Made by a program: the position numbers and the translations under genes
Virus record (IMG/VR): IMGVR_UViG_3300031949_000014
Length of the DNA: 64,000 nt
Strand: one strand, 5' to 3'
DNA from: a virus
Part shown: positions 35,603 through 43,466 of the stretch, one piece after another
How positions within the stretch are numbered: the stretch's first letter is position 1
How the letters are laid out: each line of letters starts with the position of its first letter
Notes under the pieces: model-generated
Seen by the model: only the letters and a program-made list of their open reading frames with translations
Told to the model about the DNA's origin: nothing
Databases searched by the model: none

Positions 35603-37123
35603 CTACGCCGCAGCGATCGTTCGCATCGGCCTCATCATCGGTGCGACGCGGTTGCCGAGCAACGCCCGACGCACCATACGTGCGCGCGACAGAGCGACGC
35701 TCGCCGCCTGAGCCTTCTGCAAAGCCCGAGCACGCTGTGGCCACGACATCGCCGACACCGCACTGCGCGCGGCCGCGACGCCTTGCGCCTTCAACGCCTG
35801 GAGCTTGTTCTTGCCAGCGACGCGCGTGAACGCACCGACCTGGTTCGCGAACAACTTGCGCGTGAACGCGTTGTCGGAGACCGCGTCGAGCATGTCGGCG
35901 ACCGAGAGTTCTGCCAAACCCACCGTGCTGGGCAAGAGCGGCATGCGCGGCGCGTAGTTCGAGCCCCCGCCGTAGTTCGCGCCCTCGGAGGGGTCGATGA
36001 CGTTCGTGCGCGCCGTGCTGAACGGCGTCAGGTACCTCGACGGCGAGCTGCGGCCGGTGCCGGGGCCCGTCGGCGTCATGCTCGAGCCCGCGGCTTCGAA
36101 GTACGCGTCGAGCGACGCGAAGTCGCCGTACGTGTCCGCGCGGCCGGTCGGGATCGGTCCACCCGAGAGGCCGTGGAAGTCGGCGTACGTGTCGGCGCGA
36201 CCGGTCGGGAGTCCGCCAGCAAGACCAGCGTTCGAAGGCGTGAGCGGCATGCCGCCAGTCCACGACGAGCCGCCCGAGTACAGAGCGCCGCCGGAAGGGT
36301 CGATGACGTTCGTGCGCGGCGGCAGAACGCCGGTCGCGATGCTGCGCAGGTCTGCGTCGGCGAAGTCGCCGGCGAGGCCGACTGCACTGGGCATCACGGG
36401 CATACCCGGCGCCCAATTCGAACCGCCGCCGTAGTTCCCTCCTTCGGAAGGATCGATGACGTTGCGGCGCACCGTGGAGAACGGAGCGACGTAGCGGGAG
36501 GGGGAGCTGCGTCCGGTCGCCGGACCCGTCGGCGTCATGCTCATAGCATCGCCGTCGAGCGCCGCAAAGTCAACGTACGTGTCTGCGCGACCTGTTGGGA
36601 GGGGACCTCCGGCAAGACCGGAAAGAGGCATCTGCATCTGCTGAATCCACGATTGAACTCTGGCCCTCGGCAGAGTGGCGGGCCAAACATCCAAGACTTG
36701 CCCCGTTTTTGCGAGATAGACAAAGCTGTCTTCATACACGTCGTGGTGTTGCCCAGGTGTCGCTTGAGCAGCTTGCGTGGCTTTGATCAATTCGCGAAAG
36801 ATGCCCTGCGCTCTACCACGACCGTTCGTGCGCTGAACGCTCGTTGGTTGTTCTCCCCCGAGCACTTGAACCACCACGTACGGAGACACGGCTCCAAGAC
36901 CCCCCGCGAGGCCGATGCTGCTGGGCAACAACGGCATGCGCGGCGCGTAGTTTGACCCGCCGCCGTAGTTCGCACCTTCGGACGGGTCGATGACGCCGCT
37001 GCGCGCCGTCGAAAACGGCGTGAGATAGCGCGAGGGGGAGCTTCGCCCTGTCGAGAGGCCCGTCGGCGTCATGCCGTCCAAGCCGTCGAGTACGGCGATT
37101 TCGTCTCCCAAGTGCCTGCTCAT
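35603..37123 (-). CDS. Repeat-rich protein (putative polyprotein), 506 aa
   Basis: GGAGG RBS and ATGA overlap at 37123; VIDPSxG repeat x4, PTGRADTY repeat x3. Confidence 0.8.
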   Translation of the reverse strand: MSRHLGDEIAVLDGLDGMTPTGLSTGRSSPSRYLTPFSTARSGVIDPSEGANYGGGSNYAPRMPLLPSSIGLAGGLGAVSPYVVVQVLGGEQPTSVQRTNGRGRAQGIFRELIKATQAAQATPGQHHDVYEDSFVYLAKTGQVLDVWPATLPRARVQSWIQQMQMPLSGLAGGPLPTGRADTYVDFAALDGDAMSMTPTGPATGRSSPSRYVAPFSTVRRNVIDPSEGGNYGGGSNWAPGMPVMPSAVGLAGDFADADLRSIATGVLPPRTNVIDPSGGALYSGGSSWTGGMPLTPSNAGLAGGLPTGRADTYADFHGLSGGPIPTGRADTYGDFASLDAYFEAAGSSMTPTGPGTGRSSPSRYLTPFSTARTNVIDPSEGANYGGGSNYAPRMPLLPSTVGLAELSVADMLDAVSDNAFTRKLFANQVGAFTRVAGKNKLQALKAQGVAAARSAVSAMSWPQRARALQKAQAASVALSRARMVRRALLGNRVAPMMRPMRTIAAA

Positions 37124-37881
37124 GATGTCCTCCAGTTGCGTTTGTAGCGCTTTTTCGAGAATTTTCCTAGCCCCGCCAAGGCGGTCTTTCGTCGGTTCAA
37201 CCAGATGGCGAGCGCGCCGAGGCCGATGCCGCCCCAAATGACGGCGCTCTTCCAATCGGTGGGTCTCTCGGGTTCGAGCGCCTTGCACTCTTCGACCGTG
37301 AGCTTCTTCTCGAGGCACAGCTTCCGGAGCTTCTCCACGGAGCCGTAGTAGGTCTCCACCTCACCGTTGAGGACGTTGTCCAACCCCTGCGCGGCGACCG
37401 CGGCACCGCCCGCCACGGCGACCGCGGGAGTCCTCAAGAGCATGACGAGCCCTTCCCAGAGGGGTCCGGCAAAGCGCGCGGCCCAAGAGGCAACTTGCTC
37501 AAGGTCGCCGAAGCCTTGAAGCAGTCCCATGACACGTGCCGACCCCGCCGGGATGTCCGGCAACGGGGTCAACAACAAGTCGACAACCCGTTTTACGTTC
37601 GATGTTACCTCGGCGAAGTACGCCTCGAGCTCGCCGACGCGACCGAAGCCGGAGAAACCGACACCAGCGGTCTCGATGACACCTTGAAGCTTCGAATCCT
37701 TCTCGATGATGTCCGCGGCGCGCTGCTTCAAGCGCTCGGCCGCACGGAGCCAGTCCGCGTACGCCTCCAGCACCTCCGGACGAAGCGTGCCTCCGGCCAA
37801 GATCGCGGCATCGATGGCGGCGGAGAGCGGCCCGACGCTCTTGCCGAAGGACTGCAAGGTCGAGACAAGCTTTGTCCACAT
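37120..37881 (-). CDS. Helical protein with C-terminal TM and basic tail (start may be GTG 37923)
   Basis: Contains FSGFG, QGFGD and AGLGK; TM VIWGGIGLGALAIWL. Confidence 0.65.
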   Translation of the reverse strand: MWTKLVSTLQSFGKSVGPLSAAIDAAILAGGTLRPEVLEAYADWLRAAERLKQRAADIIEKDSKLQGVIETAGVGFSGFGRVGELEAYFAEVTSNVKRVVDLLLTPLPDIPAGSARVMGLLQGFGDLEQVASWAARFAGPLWEGLVMLLRTPAVAVAGGAAVAAQGLDNVLNGEVETYYGSVEKLRKLCLEKKLTVEECKALEPERPTDWKSAVIWGGIGLGALAIWLNRRKTALAGLGKFSKKRYKRNWRTS

Positions 37882-37909
37882 CGGCGAAGAAGCCGTCGTC
37901 TGCGGGAGT

Positions 37910-40510
37910 TCAGCGGCGAACACTGGATCGTCCCTTCGCCTTGAACTTCGGGGACACGCGCGACGTCCGCGCGGTCGACGTCGGGGGTTTGCTCTTCGAG
38001 AACGCAAGCGCGAGGCCGCCGGCGGCGGCGAGGCCCAGGAAGATCGCTCCAGCACCCATGCCGCCCTCTTCGGTGGCAGGGGGCGCGGGAGGAACGTCTG
38101 GCGGAGGAGCAACCGGACCATCGACCGGTGGCGCATCAGGAGGCGGCTGGTACGGAGGCGGCGCAATCGGAGGCGGAACGTCCGGCGGAAGCGGCTGGTA
38201 CGGAGGCGGCGCAATCGGAGGTGGTGGTTGCGGTTGCTCACCGCCTCCGTTGATCGGGGGCTTCTGGTCGAACAAGCCGAACTTCTGAGCTTGTTCAAAC
38301 TCTTGAGGATCGAGCTGCTCGCCCGCGGAGATCTTCCCCTGCAAGCACCCGCGCAAGTCGCCTCCTCGAGAGAAGCAGCTTCCACCGATTGGCGGATTCC
38401 CTCCGTACTGCTTCTCCAGCCAGATCTGCTCACCCTTCGCGACGACTTTACCTTGCGCCGCTGGCAACAAAATCGTCCGCGCATCCGACGACAAGAGGCG
38501 AGGCAACGCGCGCACGGTGATCTCGCGAAGCGTCGGAGTCATCTGAAACAGATCGAAGTAGGCCGCCTGCGTCGCATCGTCCCACGTGCCGCTCGCCACG
38601 ACCTTCGGGTACTTGTTCGTCACCATCAACGTGTGCTGCAGCGCGAGTACCGGTGTCGGCACAGTAGAGAGCTTGACGACAGCGTTGACCTCCGCATCTC
38701 CGGTCGGCTTCGACGGCTTCTTCGGCTCGACGATGCCGCCCGCTGCGGCCTTCAATGCCTCGTACGTGGCGGGGTTCACCGCCATCGTCACACCGTCGAC
38801 GCGCGAGACCCCCTGGTCGAGCTTGCGCCTGCGCGCTTGATCTTCCCACGCGCGCTTGGTGTCCGGACCCCACTTGCCGTCCGAGATCTTCCCTTTGGAA
38901 CCGAGCTTTCGAACGATGCCCTGACCCTCGGTCACCGAAATGTTGATGCTCCCAGCCGGCGTCGGCACAGGCTTCTTTCTGTCGTCCGGCACCGGTGCAC
39001 GCGCTGCCTCGTCCTTCAACCGAGCGTACGCGTCGGCATCCACGGCCATCGTCTTGCCGTCGATGCGCACGGCGTTCTGCGCGAGGCCGCGAGCCTTCGA
39101 TGCGCGCTGCCACGCGCCCTGCGTGTTCGCGCCGAACAGACCGTCGACGACCAGCGGTTTGCCGTTGTTCCCTGGAACACCGAGGGCCTTCAAGATGGTC
39201 TGAGCCTCGAAGACCGCGACTGGAACACCCGCGACAGTTGGCGGGAGCTTCTTCGGTTGGTCTGGCACCGGCGGCTTGTCTGCCTCGGTCTTCAAGCGGG
39301 CGAGCGTGTCGGCCGACACGGCCATCGTCTTGCCGTCGATGCGCGAGACACCGGAATTCAAACCGCGCTGCTTGGCTGCGGTCTCCCACGCAAACTGCGT
39401 GTTCTGACCGAAGAGCCCGTCGGTCTTCAGCGTCTTTTTGTCCTTCCCCTTCACCCCGAGTTTCACCAAGAGGATCTGAGCCTCGAATACAGAAGTCGCC
39501 ACAGCTCCAGCCGGCAAGCCTTTCGGCGCAGGCTTCGGTCCCTCAGGTGTCGTAGGCTTCTCGGGCGTGGGCGGCGCGGCCTTGGCGCCGTCGGCTTGGA
39601 TCTTGTCGTACGTCGCCTGACTCACTCGCGCGGTGCGCCCATCCACGCGCTCGAACGTCTGCGGCAGCCCACGGAGCTTCGCGGAGAACGCCCATGCAGT
39701 CTTGGTCTGCGGACCGTAGAGGCCGTCCTTCGTCAACTTCTTCGACGTCCAGCCCACGCCGTACAAGAGCTCTTGCAGCTCGAGCACCGGGCGTTCGACG
39801 GTGCCCGCGCGCGGCGCGGTCGCGGTCTCCTTCGGGATGCTCGGAGCCAGAGCCTTTGGTTGAGGCGTGCTCTTCGCGACGGCCTCGAGCGCGGCCAACG
39901 TCTGTTGGTTCACCGTGGCGGTCTTGCCGTCGACGCGCTCGAAGAGAGGCGAGAGGCCGCGCTTGGTGGCGGATTGAATCCAAGCTCCGCGCGTCGCAGG
40001 ACCGAACTTGCTGTCGGGGTTCACCTGCTTGGTCGTCCAGCCGAGGCGGTTCAAGAGGCGCTGCAGGTCGAGCACGGGGCGACGGACGGTGCCTGGAGCA
40101 CTGGGGGTGCCGGAAGGAAGCGCTGTAGGCGTTGACGTCGGCGATGCGGCCGACCACGCCGGGACCTGGTCGGTGTACGCCGGGCGCAAGTTCTGCACCG
40201 TGACCGGATGCACCCACGCCGTCTGCGGCCCTGCGCGGTCGAACGCCGGGTTCAGACCCTTCGAGATTGCCAGCTTCTGCCACGCCGCGCGCGTGTTCGG
40301 GCCGTAGAGTCCGGCACCGCCCGCGGTCAACAGAGTGCCGCTCGGGCTCTTCGTCACGCCGTTGGCTTCGAGAAGTTGCTGCGCCTCAAGCACGCTGAGC
40401 TGCGTGAGTCCCGACGACGCGGGCACGACGGTCGCCGAGAGCGCGTCGCCCGCGGAGAACTCGTCGAGGTAGCTCGACAGTCCCTGTAGGTCGTCGTAGC
40501 CGCGCATCAC
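37910..40510 (-). CDS. Seven-repeat peptidoglycan-binding-like protein with Pro-rich stalk and C-terminal TM
   Basis: Repeats such as VLELQELL...DGLYGPQTKTAW...FERVDGRTARV. Confidence 0.8.
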   Translation of the reverse strand: MMRGYDDLQGLSSYLDEFSAGDALSATVVPASSGLTQLSVLEAQQLLEANGVTKSPSGTLLTAGGAGLYGPNTRAAWQKLAISKGLNPAFDRAGPQTAWVHPVTVQNLRPAYTDQVPAWSAASPTSTPTALPSGTPSAPGTVRRPVLDLQRLLNRLGWTTKQVNPDSKFGPATRGAWIQSATKRGLSPLFERVDGKTATVNQQTLAALEAVAKSTPQPKALAPSIPKETATAPRAGTVERPVLELQELLYGVGWTSKKLTKDGLYGPQTKTAWAFSAKLRGLPQTFERVDGRTARVSQATYDKIQADGAKAAPPTPEKPTTPEGPKPAPKGLPAGAVATSVFEAQILLVKLGVKGKDKKTLKTDGLFGQNTQFAWETAAKQRGLNSGVSRIDGKTMAVSADTLARLKTEADKPPVPDQPKKLPPTVAGVPVAVFEAQTILKALGVPGNNGKPLVVDGLFGANTQGAWQRASKARGLAQNAVRIDGKTMAVDADAYARLKDEAARAPVPDDRKKPVPTPAGSINISVTEGQGIVRKLGSKGKISDGKWGPDTKRAWEDQARRRKLDQGVSRVDGVTMAVNPATYEALKAAAGGIVEPKKPSKPTGDAEVNAVVKLSTVPTPVLALQHTLMVTNKYPKVVASGTWDDATQAAYFDLFQMTPTLREITVRALPRLLSSDARTILLPAAQGKVVAKGEQIWLEKQYGGNPPIGGSCFSRGGDLRGCLQGKISAGEQLDPQEFEQAQKFGLFDQKPPINGGGEQPQPPPPIAPPPYQPLPPDVPPPIAPPPYQPPPDAPPVDGPVAPPPDVPPAPPATEEGGMGAGAIFLGLAAAGGLALAFSKSKPPTSTARTSRVSPKFKAKGRSSVRR

Positions 40511-40845
40511 GCCGCTTCCTTCTTCACGCTGAGCACGCCTTTACGCTTCTTCAACGCCGCGAGGCTCGCCACACGGTCAGGAAGCGTGTCGTACGCCTCA
40601 CGCGTCACCTTGGAATCGGCCCAACCCGTCTTCTTCAAGCGGGTGTTTTCCCAGCCGATGGTGCAACCCGAAGAGGAGCAACCCCCTTCTTTCTGAGCCC
40701 ACGGGCCTTTGCCCTTCGGGCGCGTCGAAGTCGACACGGGTTTCATCTTCCACGTCGGTGCCGGCGCAGATGCGGCCGCGCGCGACGGGCGCAACGCGTA
40801 GTACGCACCGCCTCCGAGCAACAGAAGAGCGAGCAACTCCTTCAT
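40507..40845 (-). CDS. Small membrane-anchored protein
   Basis: MKELLALLLLGGGAYYAL; TGATG overlap. Confidence 0.65.
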   Translation of the reverse strand: MKELLALLLLGGGAYYALRPSRAAASAPAPTWKMKPVSTSTRPKGKGPWAQKEGGCSSSGCTIGWENTRLKKTGWADSKVTREAYDTLPDRVASLAALKKRKGVLSVKKEAA

Positions 40846-41327
40846 CAGAACGACACCTTGGCGACGATAACCGGGATCGGCGTCGGCGGCGCGATGGCCG
40901 GCGTGAAGTCGTTCGCGCTCAGGGCCTGCGCGTAGAGTTGCTCGCCGGGCAAGAGCACGCACGAGTAGCGCAGGGTGTGCGTGGTGCCCAAGAGCTCGAC
41001 GACGCCGGTGGTGCCGACGCCCTCGCCGCCGCTGAAGCGCACGAGCGCCGTCGCGGGCGGGTCCGCATCCTCGGACTGCGGCACCCAGACCTCGACGTAC
41101 ATCGCTTCCTGCCCGTTGGGCTGGTTGGTGGCCAGCAGCACCGAGTCCGTGAATGGGACCTGCTTGGTCGCGCGGTTGCCGTGCGCGATGCGACGCGGGC
41201 CGAGCACGGCTGCGACATAGGCGCGCAGGTTGAGGTTCCCGCGGCCGGGGTCCTTGTTGAGGTCGAAGTTGAACCCCATCAACCGGTCGAGCCGGTCGAC
41301 CAAGGCGGCGAGCGTTTGTTCGAGCAT
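40845..41327 (-). CDS. Single jelly-roll-like minor capsid/penton candidate
   Basis: Beta-rich; VLLPGEQLYA. Confidence 0.5.
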   Translation of the reverse strand: MLEQTLAALVDRLDRLMGFNFDLNKDPGRGNLNLRAYVAAVLGPRRIAHGNRATKQVPFTDSVLLATNQPNGQEAMYVEVWVPQSEDADPPATALVRFSGGEGVGTTGVVELLGTTHTLRYSCVLLPGEQLYAQALSANDFTPAIAPPTPIPVIVAKVSF

Positions 41328-41346
41328 GGGGAGTCAGCCTCCCCGA

Positions 41347-41952
41347 CTACGTATTCCGCGGGGTGCAGGCGACGAGGTCGCCGACGATTTGGATGCCCAG
41401 CTCCTTCGTCGTTCCGACGAGAGCGGGCCAGCGTGCGGTGTCGACGAACCACGCGACATCGAGGTCCGTGCCTGGCACGGTGATGTACACGCCGTCGAAC
41501 TCGGTCGGCACGACGCCGCCCGGAGACAGCGTCGACTGCATCGACACCGGGCGCTTGAAGACGTCGAAGTTGCGGCCATTCTCGCGGATGTTGAAGTCGA
41601 CGAGGAAGGGTGAAGCGCCGGCGAGGTCCGGGTCCATCATGAAGCCGATGACCTTCCGGATGGCGAAGTTGTAACGCGAGACCAACGTCACCGCGTTGGT
41701 CTGGCGGACGATGTTGCCGGCGGGGTCGATCTGAACCGTGAACTTCAGGTCGTCGACGCGCATGTCCTCCGGCGCCAAGATGCCAGAAGCGAGGTCCGAG
41801 TAGAGCTGGACGAGCTGGCCGGGCGGGACCGGGACCCCGCGCAGGATGGGCATGCCCGCGGTCGGCACCTGCCCAGGAACGCCCATCTGAGGAGAACCTG
41901 CCGGCGCAATGCCGGGCGTGTCTCCGAACCCTCTCCGCATCGGCCAGTTCAT
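41347..41952 (-). CDS. Single jelly-roll-like capsid protein candidate
   Basis: YNFAIRKV...VDFNIRENGR...VFKRPV...ITVPGTDLDV...IQIVG. Confidence 0.55.
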   Translation of the reverse strand: MNWPMRRGFGDTPGIAPAGSPQMGVPGQVPTAGMPILRGVPVPPGQLVQLYSDLASGILAPEDMRVDDLKFTVQIDPAGNIVRQTNAVTLVSRYNFAIRKVIGFMMDPDLAGASPFLVDFNIRENGRNFDVFKRPVSMQSTLSPGGVVPTEFDGVYITVPGTDLDVAWFVDTARWPALVGTTKELGIQIVGDLVACTPRNT

Positions 41953-41983
41953 CGTGCTCCGGCAGGCTCACGAGGGGGGAGAC

Positions 41984-42021
41984 CGCCTTCCCCGGCCGGA
42001 GCCGAAAGCCCGGGGAAGGCG
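41984..42021 (-). terminator. 12-bp hairpin after the putative major capsid gene
   Basis: CGCCTTCCCCGG (41984-41995)/CCGGGGAAGGCG (42010-42021). Confidence 0.65.
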
Positions 42022-42036
42022 AGGTAACTGCCGCTA

Positions 42037-42702
42037 CTACTTCGAGACAGCCGCGCGGACGAGGCCGTGCAAGAAGTTCGTCGCGATGACGGGCTGCTCG
42101 ATGTCGGGGTTCGCGTAGGTGAGACCCACCGAAGCCAGTTGCGTCACGAGCCACTGACGCGCGTCGTAGGTGATGGTCCCGTCCAGTTCGTGGTTCTGGT
42201 TCAGGAGCTGCTTCTTCACCAAGCGAGCGGCCGAGGCCGTCGCCGGCACGCCGACGGAGATGATGCCCGAGTCCACTTCGGTCGACTGACCGTAGAGGCC
42301 ATAGCCCGAAGGGAACTTCACGATCGGACCTTCGTCCTGCAAAATTCCGTTGATGGCGAGACGGTAGAAACCGTTCTCGACGATCTTCTTGACGTCGCGC
42401 GGCACGGTCACCACGTCGCCGGTGGCGAGGCGGAAGTACAGGCCGATGCGATCGAGCACCATCGACTCGCCCGCGGACAGCTTGCGGGGGGTCTTGATGT
42501 TCGTGTCGACGTTGCGCTTGCCCTGCACGTCGTTGAAGAAAGTGAACTCGGTGCCCGCCGTGATTACTCCCGGCAAGACCACGATCGAGTCGTACTTGTC
42601 CGACTCGCGGAAGTCGCGGATGTTGACGATCTCACCGCTCTGGTCGTTCCGGTAGAGACCGGGCTGACCTTCGATCGGCTGCAAAACGGGCACCTGATTC
42701 AT
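42037..42702 (-). CDS. Putative major capsid protein (single jelly-roll)
   Basis: YDS...FTFF...GK..DTN...LSAGESMVLDRIG pattern; strong RBS, double stop, downstream hairpin. Confidence 0.55.
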   Translation of the reverse strand: MNQVPVLQPIEGQPGLYRNDQSGEIVNIRDFRESDKYDSIVVLPGVITAGTEFTFFNDVQGKRNVDTNIKTPRKLSAGESMVLDRIGLYFRLATGDVVTVPRDVKKIVENGFYRLAINGILQDEGPIVKFPSGYGLYGQSTEVDSGIISVGVPATASAARLVKKQLLNQNHELDGTITYDARQWLVTQLASVGLTYANPDIEQPVIATNFLHGLVRAAVSK

Positions 42703-42808
42703 CGGGCTTTCTCCTCTGTACCTATTCCCCTCTTTCGGAGGGTGAATGGCTTTGGTTGCGTGTCTTCAGTCAGAAATCGTTGTCTCTCAAACCTCAGACG
42801 TTCTTCTC

Positions 42809-43393
42809 TCAGGCCATCCAGGGGCCGTAGCCCCCGAGCGTCTCTTGCTGCGTCACGACGCCGCCGAAGCCCATCAAGGCCTCGGGCGTCACGGTCGGGT
42901 CAGCGAACTGTCCGCGCGCGAACGCGCCGGGTGAGCCCTGCACGTTCACCGCTTCGAGGGCCGAGAGCGCGCCGCCGTTGTACGCGCCCAAGAGCGCGAG
43001 GTCACCGGCCGACAGCTCGGACGAGTCCGGCATCTGGCCGAGCGGGTTGCCGCCACCGAGCAGATTCGCATCGACGTAGGAGTCGATGAGCTGCGCGAGG
43101 GCGAGACCGCCGACGCCGCCGATGACGGCGATCGCCGCATCGCGGTTGTAGTCCCACAACATGCGAGCCGCGAGGCCCGCTCCGACCAGCGCGAGGCCCG
43201 CGCGCAAGCGGTGCTGGTTCGGCTCCGACCACGTCGAAGGAGTCGGCAGCTTCGGCATCGCCCAAGCGGCCAACAGAATCGCGCCGGCGCCTGCGCCCGC
43301 GGCGATCACTTGCTCCTGCAACATCGCAGGAGTCATGAACGCGCCCATGTCGTCGTAGAGGCCCATGCCCATGTCGTCGTAGTCGCGAAGCAT
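42809..43393 (-). CDS. Multi-TM membrane protein upstream of the putative MCP
   Basis: GGAGG RBS; three hydrophobic helices. Confidence 0.7.
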   Translation of the reverse strand: MLRDYDDMGMGLYDDMGAFMTPAMLQEQVIAAGAGAGAILLAAWAMPKLPTPSTWSEPNQHRLRAGLALVGAGLAARMLWDYNRDAAIAVIGGVGGLALAQLIDSYVDANLLGGGNPLGQMPDSSELSAGDLALLGAYNGGALSALEAVNVQGSPGAFARGQFADPTVTPEALMGFGGVVTQQETLGGYGPWMA

Positions 43394-43466
43394 CGTGATC
43401 CTCCGTGGAGTGTTGCGAACCGTGAGTCGAGTTGAAGATACGTCGAAGCGTTCTTCGATGTCAACC

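Noticed and set aside
37124-37318. Upstream extension of the repeat protein
   Set aside because: Overlaps the previous gene; the strong GGAGG plus ATGA overlap places the start at 37123.
35295-40135. Long plus-strand ORFs 35486-36955 and 37706-40135 and the out-of-frame minus-strand ORF 35295-36416
   Set aside because: Shadows of well-supported minus-strand genes; R/G-rich with no motifs.
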